Of a stretch of 63,935 nucleotides of DNA, positions 1 to 12,694 are shown piece by piece. The DNA comes from Acidiferrobacterales bacterium. Its GTDB lineage: Bacteria; Pseudomonadota; Gammaproteobacteria; Acidiferrobacterales; JAJDNE01. Location: assembly GCA_048060695.1 (NCBI GenBank), contig JBGMQT010000005.1:2731-66665 (forward strand), given 5' to 3'. Position 1 is the first letter of the stretch. The number at the start of each line of letters is the position of its first letter. Below the pieces are notes generated by a model. That model saw nothing but the letters and a program-made list of their open reading frames with translations. It did not search any database and was not told the origin of the DNA. A program made the translations under genes and the position numbers.

Positions 1-43
1 CCCGGTACCGGGCGCGGGGTTTTTCCATCAAGCAAACAGTTAG

Positions 44-535
44 TTACTGTTTCGGCGCCTTATTCAGTTCCATAGGTGTTTCCACCGGCTGAGCCGCCAC
101 TTTTTCATAGCTGAAGGTATTGACCGCCAGCGTACCGCCCGACTGATCGATCACCGATACTTTCCACTCACCCTGCCAGCCCTGTTCCAGATTCTTACTG
201 GAATATACGCGCCAGCGATTGCCATTAACCGTGAATGGCACCTCGGCCATAATCTTGCCGCCATATTCCCAGCGATGGGTCACCGTCTGGCCGGCCATGT
301 CACGCAGTTCGCTAAAGTAATAGATCTTGTTGTTATCGGTACCAAGCGTGCTGATAGTATCCACGGGTTCGCGTTCGGTTATGCCTTTGGTAAAAGTGGC
401 TCGGGCGACGGTGCCACTAGCAAGTTTTTCGGCGATCGGCTCCGCTGCTGCTGCCGGCGATTCGGCGGTCATTTTTTCCGCCAGTACGGGTGTGACCATC
501 GCCAGGCCGGCGATGACTAATAGAATTTTTCTCAT
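44..535 (-). CDS. secreted DUF2914-like protein of unknown function
   Basis: 163-aa ORF with an N-terminal signal peptide (MRKILLVIAGLAMVTPVLA). AAGGAGA lies upstream of the ATG at 535. The REPVD...YYFSE...W pattern resembles DUF2914, from memory. Confidence 0.55.
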   Translation of the reverse strand: MRKILLVIAGLAMVTPVLAEKMTAESPAAAAEPIAEKLASGTVARATFTKGITEREPVDTISTLGTDNNKIYYFSELRDMAGQTVTHRWEYGGKIMAEVPFTVNGNRWRVYSSKNLEQGWQGEWKVSVIDQSGGTLAVNTFSYEKVAAQPVETPMELNKAPKQ

Positions 536-700
536 GAGTTGTTCTCCTTGCGTAAACGTAATGTATAAAACGTGTGGAAGTTAAGAATTTTCACATCCCT
601 GTTTTCCCTGGTGGGAGACCTTAACCCGCGTTTTGTGTTGGAATACAGCATCTTTGGATAAAGGGCAGGGAAGCGAGGACAGGCGTCAGGCGGTAAAATC

Positions 701-1360
701 ATGGGTGATCAGGAGGTAGAAAACAGGCGACAGTCGGCCCAATTGCGCGTGCAACTATTAGCTGGCGCAAGGGTGCTGGGTATCGAACTTGACCGGCAGG
801 CAACCGAAAAATTAATGGCCTATATCGCCCTGCTGGTCAAATGGAACAAGGCTTATAATCTCACTGCGATTAATGACCCGCCGCGCATGGTGTCGCATCA
901 TCTTCTCGATTGTCTGGCAATCGCGACCTATGTCAACGGTAACCGGGTGCTGGACATCGGGTCAGGCGCCGGTTTGCCCGGCATTCCTCTGGCACTAGTT
1001 TATCCCAACAAAAAAGTTGTACTCCTCGATAGTAACGGCAAAAAGACCCGCTTTCTGACACAGGTTGTTTCCGAACTGGAGTTGAAAAATGTTGAGGTGG
1101 TGAATGCCCGGGTTGAAAAATACAGCCCGGCGGCTTTGTTCGACACGATAACGGCCCGCGCTTTTTCCAGCATGGTGCAGACGCTGGATCAGTCCGCACA
1201 TTTGTGCGCACGCGTTGGCTCGTATTTGTTAATGAAGGGACGTGAACCAGCACAGGAGATTGCTGAAATTGGCCCTAATTTTCGTATTGTCGACACACAC
1301 CTGTTGAATGTACCCGGCATCGATGGCCAGCGGCGGTTGCTAATCGTGAAAATAGAATGA
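701..1360 (+). CDS. rsmG: 16S rRNA (guanine527-N7)-methyltransferase RsmG/GidB
   Basis: 219 aa with SAM motif VLDIGSGAGLPGIPLAL. Sits immediately upstream of parAB as in many proteobacteria. Confidence 0.9.
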   Translation: MGDQEVENRRQSAQLRVQLLAGARVLGIELDRQATEKLMAYIALLVKWNKAYNLTAINDPPRMVSHHLLDCLAIATYVNGNRVLDIGSGAGLPGIPLALVYPNKKVVLLDSNGKKTRFLTQVVSELELKNVEVVNARVEKYSPAALFDTITARAFSSMVQTLDQSAHLCARVGSYLLMKGREPAQEIAEIGPNFRIVDTHLLNVPGIDGQRRLLIVKIE

Positions 1361-1494
1361 ATAAATAACGCAGAGATCGCAGTGGCGTTGAGAACAAGAG
1401 CCTGAAATGAGCCTGAATTCAGGTACGGGCTGGGCCTGACCCAAATCTAAGGTATGATTGGCGCCATTATTCGCAGTCCTTTGGAGCATTCATC

Positions 1495-2262
1495 ATGGGC
1501 AGGGTCATTGCCGTTGCTAACCAGAAAGGCGGGGTTGGCAAGACCACCACCAGCATCAATCTCGCAGCATCGCTGGTGAGAACCAAACGTCGTGTCCTGC
1601 TTGTTGATCTCGATCCACAGGGCAACGCCACCATGGGCAGCGGCGTCGACAAGAGCCAGATTGAATACAGCACCTACGATATTTTGATCGGCAATATCTC
1701 GCTGGCGGATACCCGTGTGGCTGTCGAAGGTGGTTATGACATTGTGCCCACTAACAGTGATTTGGCGGGGGCGGAAGTGGAGTTGGTGAACATGGAGCAT
1801 CGCGAAACACGATTGCGTAAGGCCATCAATACCGTTTGCGATGATTACGATTTTATCCTGATAGATTGTCCACCCGCTTTGAGTCTATTAACTGTTAACG
1901 CTTTTGCCGCCGCGCAAACGGTGATGATTCCCATGCAATGTGAATACTACGCACTCGAAGGCCTCTCGGACCTGGTGCAGACTATTCGGCTGGTCAGGCA
2001 GAACCTGAACCCGGAGCTTGAAATCGAGGGGTTGCTGCGCACCATGTTTGATCCGCGCAATAATCTTTCCAACGAAGTGTCGGCACAGTTGCGCAAGCAT
2101 TTCGGCGACAAGCTCTATCGCACTATTATTCCGCGAAATATTCGCCTGGCCGAGGCACCGTCATTCGGTAAACCCGTAATCACCTATGATCTGCAATCCA
2201 AGGGAGCGCAGGCCTATCTGGCGCTGGCGGGAGAAATTCTACGTCGCGAAACAGCCACCTGA
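1495..2262 (+). CDS. parA: chromosome partitioning ATPase ParA/Soj
   Basis: Deviant Walker A NQKGGVGKTTTSINLA. 255 aa. Its stop overlaps the parB start by 1 nt. Confidence 0.93.
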   Translation: MGRVIAVANQKGGVGKTTTSINLAASLVRTKRRVLLVDLDPQGNATMGSGVDKSQIEYSTYDILIGNISLADTRVAVEGGYDIVPTNSDLAGAEVELVNMEHRETRLRKAINTVCDDYDFILIDCPPALSLLTVNAFAAAQTVMIPMQCEYYALEGLSDLVQTIRLVRQNLNPELEIEGLLRTMFDPRNNLSNEVSAQLRKHFGDKLYRTIIPRNIRLAEAPSFGKPVITYDLQSKGAQAYLALAGEILRRETAT

Positions 2263-3140
2263 TGGCCAGCAAGCGTAAGGCCCTGGGCAGGGGCATGGGC
2301 GCCTTGCTCTCCGGCGGGCTTGAAGACGTGCTGGCGCCGAAGGGCAAGAACAAGGGCAGTGAAGAACTGCGCAATATCCCGGTTGACCTGCTGCAACGCG
2401 GTCGCTACCAGCCACGCACCCACATGGACCAGGCGGCGCTGGAGGATCTGGCCAGGTCTATCAAGGTGCAGGGCATTATCCAGCCGATTGTCGTGCGCAA
2501 TCTAAGTGGTGGAAATTACGAGATAATTGCTGGCGAGCGCCGCTGGCGAGCGGCTCAGATTGCCGGTCTGGACAAAATACCAGCAATAGTGCGCAATATA
2601 CCGGACGAGGCCGCCATTGCTGTCGCACTGATCGAAAACATCCAGCGTGAGAATCTTAACCCCGTTGAAGAGGCCATGGCGCTGCAGCGGTTGGCGACTG
2701 AATTCAAGCTTACCCACGAACAGACCGCGGACAGCGTCGGTCGGTCACGCGCCGCAGTAACCAACCTGCTGCGGTTGCTGTCGCTGAACCCCAATGTGCG
2801 CGAATTGCTGGAAGACGGTACTCTCGACATGGGCCATGGTCGTGCCCTGCTGGCGCTGCAGGGCAACGCCCAGAGCCAGGCAGCAAAAGACGTCGTGCGC
2901 AAGGGCCTGTCGGTACGCGAGACGGAACAGCTGGTGCGGCATTTACTCGACAAAAAGGGCGGAAATCGCCAGAAAAAGAAGCCTGGCGTCGATGCCGATA
3001 CCCGCGCTCTGCAGGAATCTCTCTCTGACAAGCTGGGTGCGTCAGTCAAGATCCAGCACAGCGCCAAGGGCTCCGGCAAGCTCACTATTGAATACAACAG
3101 TAATGACGAGCTGGAGGGCATTCTGGCCCATTTTAAATAG
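2262..3140 (+). CDS. parB: chromosome partitioning protein ParB/Spo0J
   Basis: ParB motifs GERRWRAA and IENIQRENLNP. 292 aa. Confidence 0.93.
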   Translation: MASKRKALGRGMGALLSGGLEDVLAPKGKNKGSEELRNIPVDLLQRGRYQPRTHMDQAALEDLARSIKVQGIIQPIVVRNLSGGNYEIIAGERRWRAAQIAGLDKIPAIVRNIPDEAAIAVALIENIQRENLNPVEEAMALQRLATEFKLTHEQTADSVGRSRAAVTNLLRLLSLNPNVRELLEDGTLDMGHGRALLALQGNAQSQAAKDVVRKGLSVRETEQLVRHLLDKKGGNRQKKKPGVDADTRALQESLSDKLGASVKIQHSAKGSGKLTIEYNSNDELEGILAHFK

Positions 3141-3195
3141 TGGTTCGACAGTGGCAGTATACGGCCAGGCAAGACCAGTCAGGAGATAGCGGACA

Positions 3196-3540
3196 ATGAA
3201 ACGCGCGATATCAATGGTGGTGCTGGGGTTCTTTCTCAGTGGAATCGTTTATGCGGCCGAACCAACGGCGCCGGAAGACGTGCTGCGCGATGCCCGTGGC
3301 GGTGACGCGGAAGCGCAGGTGGAAATGGGCATCCTCTATGAATACGGGTTTCGCATGAAAGGAAATCGTGTCGTTGCGCTTGCCTGGTACTATCTGGCGG
3401 CGGACCAAGGTAATACGCGGGCCGCTAAATATCGCGATCGTCTGCAGTCAAAACTTGGTGCCTCACAGGTGAAAATGGCCCGTAAACAGAGTCAGGCCCT
3501 GATTGTTCGCCAAGTCGATAGCGGTAGGCTCGGCCCCTGA
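3196..3540 (+). CDS. small secreted Sel1-repeat protein
   Basis: Signal peptide followed by Sel1-like repeats (GDAEAQVEMGILYEYG...ALAWYYLAADQGNTRA). Confidence 0.65.
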   Translation: MKRAISMVVLGFFLSGIVYAAEPTAPEDVLRDARGGDAEAQVEMGILYEYGFRMKGNRVVALAWYYLAADQGNTRAAKYRDRLQSKLGASQVKMARKQSQALIVRQVDSGRLGP

Positions 3541-3600
3541 TTCGTTGACCCCCGCCGCCAGGTCGGGATGATGAAATAACATCTATTTATCGGGCCATAA

Positions 3601-3629
3601 TTGACCGCTGTATACCCACTCATTATACT
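3601..3629 (+). promoter_or_regulatory. candidate sigma-70 promoter of the atp operon
   Basis: TTGACC (3601-3606), a 17-nt spacer, then TATACT (3624-3629), about 50 nt upstream of atpI. Confidence 0.4.
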
Positions 3630-3679
3630 TCGCGCGCCTCGGGAGTGGTCCCCTCGGAATTATCGGCCAAGCGACGGCA

Positions 3680-4081
3680 TTGAGCCAAATCGAATACATG
3701 ACATTTGCAGACGCTAGACTGCAAAAAAGCGTAATCAGGGTCATAGTCGTTCAGTCCCTGACCACGACGATTATTGCGGCAGGCGCCCTCGTTTATTATG
3801 GGCCACAGCTCGCCCTGGCGGCGGTCTACGGTGGCGGGTTGGCCATGGTAGTGGCCTTTTTTACCGCGCGATGGATTTACGACGCGGGTGAAGCAGCGCG
3901 AAAACAGCCCCGCTTTGGTGGTGGCGCGTTTTACCGGGTGGCGGGCCGGCGACTCATGCTGGTGTTACTGGGTTTCGGTATCGGATTTGGCGTTTTCAAG
4001 TTGCTTCCGGTGCCGTTGTTGCTAGCGTTTGGGACATCTTTTTTAGGCTATGTCTTCGCCAGTCGGCGCGGGCGCTACTGA
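3680..4081 (+). CDS. atpI: ATP synthase protein I (AtpI-like membrane protein)
   Basis: Hydrophobic 133-aa ORF directly upstream of atpB. Starts at TTG 3680, or possibly at the in-frame ATG at 3698. Confidence 0.7.
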   Translation: MSQIEYMTFADARLQKSVIRVIVVQSLTTTIIAAGALVYYGPQLALAAVYGGGLAMVVAFFTARWIYDAGEAARKQPRFGGGAFYRVAGRRLMLVLLGFGIGFGVFKLLPVPLLLAFGTSFLGYVFASRRGRY

Positions 4082-4090
4082 ACAGTTTAA

Positions 4091-5277
<1,187 letters not shown>

Positions 5278-5317
5278 TCGCTATTGTCGATAATTTAACC
5301 TACGCAAAGGTTCTGTC

Positions 5318-5788
5318 ATGAATATCAATCTGACCCTTATCGGCCAGTCTATCGTTTTCATTTTTTTCGTATGGTTCACCATGAGGTTCGTGTGGCCACC
5401 GATCGCTGACGCGCTCGAGGCACGAAAAAAGGAAATCGCTGACGGGCTGGCAGCTGGTGAGAAAGGTAAAAACAACCTGAAACTGGCGGAAAAACGCGCT
5501 GTGGGTGTGATCAAGGAAGGCAAAGACAAAGCGGTCGAGCTTGTCAGCAACGCCGAGCGCCATGCCATTGAGATCGTCGATGGCGCCAAGGAGCGCGCCA
5601 AACGCGAGGCGGAAAAAATCGTCGAGGCCGCCCAGGCCGAGATCGAGCAGCAGGCCAATCAGGCGCGCGAAGCCTTACGCCAGCAGGTTTCTGAAATTGT
5701 GGTAGCGGCCACTGGCAAGGTATTGGAAAAAGAAATTGACCCCCGATCTCACGCCAAGTTGATCGACAACGTGGTGAAGGGACTGTAA
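5318..5788 (+). CDS. atpF: F0F1 ATP synthase subunit b
   Basis: 156 aa with one N-terminal TM segment and a long charged helix. Operon position fits. Confidence 0.9.
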   Translation: MNINLTLIGQSIVFIFFVWFTMRFVWPPIADALEARKKEIADGLAAGEKGKNNLKLAEKRAVGVIKEGKDKAVELVSNAERHAIEIVDGAKERAKREAEKIVEAAQAEIEQQANQAREALRQQVSEIVVAATGKVLEKEIDPRSHAKLIDNVVKGL

Positions 5789-5793
5789 GACAG

Positions 5794-6330
5794 ATGGCGG
5801 AACGCCAAACATTGGCACGTCCCTACGCCGAAGCGGTATTCAAGCTTGCGCAGGAGCAGGATCGTCTGCAGGCCTGGTCGGATTCGCTCGGCTTTATGGC
5901 TGCAGTGATGGCCGATAAAGGCATGCAGAGCGTGCTTGACCGGCCTGATCTCGAAAACGAACGTTTTGTTGCGTTGATAAAGGACATTTGCGCCGGGCGG
6001 ATGGACCAGCAGGCTGAAAATCTTTTACGGGTTTTGCTGGAAAATAATCGTATTTCATTGTTCGCGGAAATTGTTTCGTTGTTCGAATCATTCAAGGCCA
6101 GGGCTGAAAGCACAATTGAAGTCGAGGTCTTGTCCGCCTTTGTGCTCGATGCCGGCCAGGAAAAATCCATTGCCGCAGCAATGGAAAAGAAACTCGGTTG
6201 TGCGGTAACACTGCATATTAAAGAAGACGAATCGCTAATCGGCGGTATTGTTATTCGAGCTGGCGATCTTGTCATTGATGGCTCGGCAAAAGGCTATCTC
6301 GACGAACTTGCGACACATCTGACTCACTAG
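5794..6330 (+). CDS. atpH: F0F1 ATP synthase subunit delta
   Basis: 178 aa beginning [10 protein letters not shown] (OSCP-like). Operon position fits. Confidence 0.9.
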   Translation: MAERQTLARPYAEAVFKLAQEQDRLQAWSDSLGFMAAVMADKGMQSVLDRPDLENERFVALIKDICAGRMDQQAENLLRVLLENNRISLFAEIVSLFESFKARAESTIEVEVLSAFVLDAGQEKSIAAAMEKKLGCAVTLHIKEDESLIGGIVIRAGDLVIDGSAKGYLDELATHLTH

Positions 6331-6341
6331 AAGGTACCACA

Positions 6342-7886
6342 ATGGACCAATTGAATCCCTCCGAAATCAGCGATCTGATCAAGGACAAAATCCAGAGCTT
6401 CGAGGCCAAGGCCGAAGCTAAAACCGAAGGCACGGTTGTAGGCCTGACCGACGGCATAGCCCGTATTCACGGTTTAAGCAATGTCATGCAGGGAGAGATG
6501 ATCGAGTTTCCCGGTGATACTTTTGGTCTGGCTCTGAATCTCGAGCGTGACTCGGTAGGTGCCGTCATTATGGGTCCATACCAGCACATCACCGAAGGCG
6601 ACAAGGTTAAATGTACCGGCCGCATTCTGGAGGTGCCGGTGGGTCCGGAGCTGATCGGTCGTGTTGTCGATTCACTCGGCCATCCCATCGATGGTAAGGG
6701 TGCGATCGACGCCAAGCTCAGTTCGCCTATCGAAAAAGTGGCCCCGGGTGTTATCACCCGTCAATCCGTTTCGCAACCGGTTCAGACCGGCTTTAAATCC
6801 ATCGACTCCATGGTGCCCATCGGCCGTGGCCAACGTGAATTAATTATTGGCGATCGTCAAACCGGCAAGACCGCGCTCGCCATTGACGCCATCATCAACC
6901 AGAAGGGCGCTGGCGTTATTTGCATCTATGTTGCCATTGGACAGAAGGCCTCTTCGGTAGCTGCAGTGGTACGCAAGCTGGAAGAACACGATGCCATGAC
7001 CCACACTATTGTGGTGGCGGCTACCGCTGCTGAAAGTGCTGCGCTGCAATATATCGCGCCCTATGCCGGCTGCACCATGGGCGAATACTTTCGTGATCGC
7101 GGTGAAGATGCATTGATCGTGTATGACGATCTTACCAAGCAGGCCTGGGCCTATCGTCAGGTGTCGTTGTTGTTGCGCCGCCCACCGGGGCGCGAGGCCT
7201 ACCCCGGCGATGTGTTCTATTTGCACTCGCGTCTGCTGGAACGCGCCGCGCGCGTCAATGCCGACTATGTGGAGAAGTTCACCAACGGCAAAGTGAAGGG
7301 CAAGACCGGATCGCTGACCGCGCTGCCGATTATTGAAACCCAGGCTGGTGACGTATCGGCCTTTGTACCTACCAACGTGATTTCTATCACTGATGGCCAG
7401 ATTTTCCTCGAAAGTGATTTGTTCAACGCCGGTATTCGTCCCGCGATCAACGCCGGTTTGTCGGTGTCGCGAGTCGGTGGTGCGGCACAGACCAAGATCA
7501 TCCAGAAACTGGGTGGTGGCGTACGTCTGGCGCTGGCGCAGTATCGCGAGCTGGCGGCTTTTGCGCAGTTTGCATCCGATCTCGATGAAACCACCCGCAA
7601 GCAGATTGAACGTGGCCAGCGCATTACCGAGTTGATGAAACAACCGCAATATCAACCCATGACCGTGGCCCAGATGGCGATGTCACTCAATGCTGCAAAT
7701 GAAGGTTATCTGGACGATGTCGAGGTATCAAAGGTGCGCGATTTTGAAGACGCCTTGCATGCTTACTTGAAATCGAATCATGCCACTTTGATGGATGGCA
7801 TCAACGCCGATCCGTCCTACAACGACGAGGTGTTGGCGAAGATGAAAGCAGCACTGGATGATTTCAAGGCCAACCATACCTGGTAA
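6342..7886 (+). CDS. atpA: F0F1 ATP synthase subunit alpha
   Basis: Walker A GDRQTGKT. 514 aa. Confidence 0.97.
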   Translation: MDQLNPSEISDLIKDKIQSFEAKAEAKTEGTVVGLTDGIARIHGLSNVMQGEMIEFPGDTFGLALNLERDSVGAVIMGPYQHITEGDKVKCTGRILEVPVGPELIGRVVDSLGHPIDGKGAIDAKLSSPIEKVAPGVITRQSVSQPVQTGFKSIDSMVPIGRGQRELIIGDRQTGKTALAIDAIINQKGAGVICIYVAIGQKASSVAAVVRKLEEHDAMTHTIVVAATAAESAALQYIAPYAGCTMGEYFRDRGEDALIVYDDLTKQAWAYRQVSLLLRRPPGREAYPGDVFYLHSRLLERAARVNADYVEKFTNGKVKGKTGSLTALPIIETQAGDVSAFVPTNVISITDGQIFLESDLFNAGIRPAINAGLSVSRVGGAAQTKIIQKLGGGVRLALAQYRELAAFAQFASDLDETTRKQIERGQRITELMKQPQYQPMTVAQMAMSLNAANEGYLDDVEVSKVRDFEDALHAYLKSNHATLMDGINADPSYNDEVLAKMKAALDDFKANHTW

Positions 7887-7892
7887 TTTCTG

Positions 7893-8753
7893 ATGGCAAG
7901 TGGCAAGGAAATTCGCACCCAGATCAAGAGTATCAAGAATACTCAGAAGATCACGCGCGCCATGCAAATGGTGGCCGCTAGCAAGATGCGCAAGGCACAG
8001 AACCGGATGCAGTCAACACGTCCCTATGCCGACAAAATGCGCAACGTCATTGGTCATCTGCATCTGGCGCACCCGGAATACAAGCATCCATTTATGATCG
8101 AGCGTGAGATGAAACGCGCTGGAGTGATTATTGTAACGTCCGATCGCGGTCTTTGCGGCGGTCTGAACACCAACGTGTTGCGTGCCTCGGTGGCTGAGAT
8201 GAAGCGGTGGTCGGAGAAAAATATAGAGATGGATGTCTGTGCCATTGGGAGCAAGGGGCTTGTTTTTCTCAAGCGCCTGGGCGCGAGTATTATTTCCGAG
8301 GTATCACATCTGGGTGATGCGCCGCGTATTGAGGACCTGATCGGTTCCGTCAAGATCATGCTCGACGCCTATAGCGAAGGTCGTCTCGATCGCCTTTTTA
8401 TTGTTTACAACAACTTTGTAAATACCATGACTCAGCGGCCAGTGGTCGATCAGTTGTTGCCGTTGCCCGGTGAACAAGATGAATCACTTAAGCACCATTG
8501 GGATTACATCTATGAGCCCGACTCGAGAGAAGTCATTGATGACCTGATGATTCGTTATATCGAATCACAGGTGTATCGCGCCGTGGTCGAGAACATTGCA
8601 AGCGAACAATCTTCGCGCATGGTGGCGATGAAATCGGCTTCAGATAACGCCGGCAATCTGATAGAGGAATTGCAGCTCAAATACAACAAGGCACGACAGG
8701 CCGCCATTACCCAGGAAATTTCAGAAATCGTGGGCGGCGCGGCGGCGGTGTAA
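7893..8753 (+). CDS. atpG: F0F1 ATP synthase subunit gamma
   Basis: N-terminus [32 protein letters not shown]. 286 aa. Confidence 0.95.
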   Translation: MASGKEIRTQIKSIKNTQKITRAMQMVAASKMRKAQNRMQSTRPYADKMRNVIGHLHLAHPEYKHPFMIEREMKRAGVIIVTSDRGLCGGLNTNVLRASVAEMKRWSEKNIEMDVCAIGSKGLVFLKRLGASIISEVSHLGDAPRIEDLIGSVKIMLDAYSEGRLDRLFIVYNNFVNTMTQRPVVDQLLPLPGEQDESLKHHWDYIYEPDSREVIDDLMIRYIESQVYRAVVENIASEQSSRMVAMKSASDNAGNLIEELQLKYNKARQAAITQEISEIVGGAAAV

Positions 8754-8763
8754 TATTTTCCGA

Positions 8764-10237
<1,474 letters not shown>

Positions 10238-10252
10238 GAGAGGGTTGTTGCC

Positions 10253-10675
10253 ATGGCAATGACAATGTATGTCGATATCGTTTCCGCCGAAGAGGAGATC
10301 TACTCCGGTACGGCGGAGATGTTATTTGCACCCACTGTTAATGGTGAGGTGGGCATCCTGCCGCGCCATACCCAGTTGATTGCGCGCATGAAGCCGGGTG
10401 AGGTACGGGTGCGAAAGGGGAATGATGAACAGATTTTTTATGTCTCTGGCGGTGTGCTGGAAGTGCAACCCAATGTTGTCACGGTACTGGCGGATACCGC
10501 TATTCGTGCCCGGGACCTGGATGAGGCACAGGCACTGGAAGCCAAGAAACGCGCCGAAAGCGCCATGCAAAACATGAAAGCGGATATGGACTATGCGCGT
10601 GCACAGGCGGAATTAATGGAAGCGGTTGCGCAACTACACACCATTCAGAAAATCCGTCAAAAGCGCGGTAAGTAA
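10253..10675 (+). CDS. atpC: F0F1 ATP synthase subunit epsilon
   Basis: 140 aa. Last gene of the atp operon and typical for the epsilon family. Confidence 0.93.
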   Translation: MAMTMYVDIVSAEEEIYSGTAEMLFAPTVNGEVGILPRHTQLIARMKPGEVRVRKGNDEQIFYVSGGVLEVQPNVVTVLADTAIRARDLDEAQALEAKKRAESAMQNMKADMDYARAQAELMEAVAQLHTIQKIRQKRGK

Positions 10676-10728
10676 GCGCCTGTTCTCAGGGAAAATATAC
10701 CGACACCGTATCGGTTAAAGAGGTAATC

Positions 10729-11229
10729 ATGTCTACACCCCGGATTGAGACCAACAAGGTTGTATCGCTCACTTATTCTATTCTTGATGACATGGGCGAA
10801 ATTCTCGAACAGAGCGATTTGCCCATCAGCTATGTCCACGGCGGCAAGAGTGAATTATTTGAGAAGCTGGAGGCCGCGCTTGCCGGTAAAACCATCGACG
10901 ACCAGATCAGCGTCACCCTGAACCCGGATGAAGGTTTTGGGCAGCATAATCCCGACCTGACCTTTACCGATGATCTGGAAAACGTACCGGAGGAACTGCG
11001 TTTCGTGGGTGCGGAACTGGAGGCACAAAATGCCGACGGCGAATCTATGAAATTCCTGGTGAGTAAAATCAAGGATACTGAGCTGACGGTAGACGCCAAC
11101 CACCCCATGGCTGGCAAGACAGTGGTTTTCAAGGTTAAGGTCACCGATATTCGCGATGCCTCCAGCGATGAGGCCCGTAGCGGGAAAGTTACTTCGGCCG
11201 GCCCGGGGCAAGGTCACCCGCTGCAGTAG
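10729..11229 (+). CDS. FKBP-type peptidyl-prolyl cis-trans isomerase, SlyD-like
   Basis: 166 aa with an FKBP fold split by an insert-in-flap-like segment (VVSLTYSILDD...HPMAGKTVVFKVKVTDIRDAS). No His-rich tail. Confidence 0.8.
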   Translation: MSTPRIETNKVVSLTYSILDDMGEILEQSDLPISYVHGGKSELFEKLEAALAGKTIDDQISVTLNPDEGFGQHNPDLTFTDDLENVPEELRFVGAELEAQNADGESMKFLVSKIKDTELTVDANHPMAGKTVVFKVKVTDIRDASSDEARSGKVTSAGPGQGHPLQ

Positions 11230-11268
11230 TATTGCCGAGCGCCGCCATCGCGACGTTACCCGGCTATT

Positions 11269-12669
11269 GTGCTTAAATCCCAGCCAATCATGGCTGGTCC
11301 AACCCCACCACTAGAGGTCATTGTTCTCGCCGCCGGCAAGGGCACACGCATGTGTTCGGATCTGCCCAAGGTATTGCACGAAATCGGCGGCAAACCGATG
11401 CTGGCGCATGTGCTTGATACCGCACATCGCTTATCGGTTGACCGGGTACATGTGGTGTATGGCCACGGCGGCGAACAGGTACCAGTCCAAATCGACGATG
11501 GTTCGGTCAACTGGGTGTTGCAACAAGAGCAACATGGCACCGGCCATGCCGTGAAACAGGTTATGCCAGGTGTCGATGATGACGCCACCGTGCTGGTGTT
11601 GTACGGCGACGTGCCACTGATAGGGCTAGAGACACTGCAATCATTGGTCGCCAGGGCCGATAAAGGTGCGCTGGCGCTTCTTACCGTGAATCTGGAGAAT
11701 GCCGGAGTCTATGGTCGCATCGTTCGTGGAGACAATGGAGAAATAGAGAGAATTGTCGAGCACAAGGATGCCAGCGAGGACGAGCTGGGCATTCGCGAAA
11801 TCAATACCGGGTTTCTGGCGGCACCGGCTGGCCGATTGCGCCAATGGCTCGACCGCCTGTCCAATGACAATGTCCAGGGTGAGTATTACCTCACCGACGT
11901 TATCGCCATGGCCGTCAATGATGGCTATTCGGTAGTTACCCGGAATCCTGATACAGTATTTGAAATTGAAGGTATTAACAGCAAGATCGAACTCGCCAGC
12001 ATGGAAAGAAAATACCAGCAACAACAAGCCAGGAAATTGATGGAAGACGGCGTCACCTTGCGTGATCCCGCTCGCTTCGATTTACGCGGCAATCTTTCTG
12101 TCGGTCGTGACGTGACGATTGATATCAATGTCATCATTGAAGGTGATGTTGAACTGGGTGACGGCGTTTCCATCGGGCCCAATACGATACTTCGGGATTC
12201 AAAAATTCAGGCAAATACTCACGTGCTGGCGAATTGTCTGATCGAACAGAGTGCTGTTGGTGCCGGCTGCAGAATCGGACCGTTTGCGCGGCTGCGCCCT
12301 GGCGCAACGATTGACGATAACGTGCATATTGGCAATTTCGTAGAGATTAAAAATTCCAATGTAGGTGACGGCAGCAAGATCAATCATCTGACGTACGTTG
12401 GCGACAGTGATGTCGGTAGCAGCGTCAACATCGGTGCCGGCGTGATCACGGCGAACTACGACGGCGCTAACAAACACCGCACACGCATTGAAGACAATTC
12501 ATCAGTCGGCGCCAACAGCGTTCTGGTTGCGCCCATTAGTGTTGGCAAAGGTGCAACACTGGCTGCTGGCACGGTATTACGCAAAGACGCACCCGCCGGG
12601 GAGCTGACATTGAGCAGCACACAACAGCGTACGGTCAAGGGTTGGAAGCGACCAGCCAGGAAAAAGTAA
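11269..12669 (+). CDS. glmU: bifunctional GlcNAc-1-P uridyltransferase / GlcN-1-P acetyltransferase
   Basis: LAAGKGTRM motif and C-terminal hexapeptide repeats. Starts at GTG 11269 or ATG 11290. Confidence 0.93.
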   Translation: MLKSQPIMAGPTPPLEVIVLAAGKGTRMCSDLPKVLHEIGGKPMLAHVLDTAHRLSVDRVHVVYGHGGEQVPVQIDDGSVNWVLQQEQHGTGHAVKQVMPGVDDDATVLVLYGDVPLIGLETLQSLVARADKGALALLTVNLENAGVYGRIVRGDNGEIERIVEHKDASEDELGIREINTGFLAAPAGRLRQWLDRLSNDNVQGEYYLTDVIAMAVNDGYSVVTRNPDTVFEIEGINSKIELASMERKYQQQQARKLMEDGVTLRDPARFDLRGNLSVGRDVTIDINVIIEGDVELGDGVSIGPNTILRDSKIQANTHVLANCLIEQSAVGAGCRIGPFARLRPGATIDDNVHIGNFVEIKNSNVGDGSKINHLTYVGDSDVGSSVNIGAGVITANYDGANKHRTRIEDNSSVGANSVLVAPISVGKGATLAAGTVLRKDAPAGELTLSSTQQRTVKGWKRPARKK

Positions 12670-12694
12670 TGGCGTCCATATATAAGGTATCCCC

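Noticed and set aside
2555-3172. 205-aa ORF antisense to parB
   Set aside because: It is a shadow ORF within parB, Ser/Arg-rich, with no independent support.
6840-7655. 271-aa ORF antisense to atpA
   Set aside because: It lies entirely inside the highly conserved atpA frame. It is a typical shadow ORF with low-complexity, Arg/Gly-rich content and no RBS.
12219-12234. 16-nt identity (tcacgtgctggcgaat) between glmU and the gene at 26942-26957
   Set aside because: About one chance 16-mer match is expected in a 64-kb window compared against itself. Both copies lie in unrelated coding frames.
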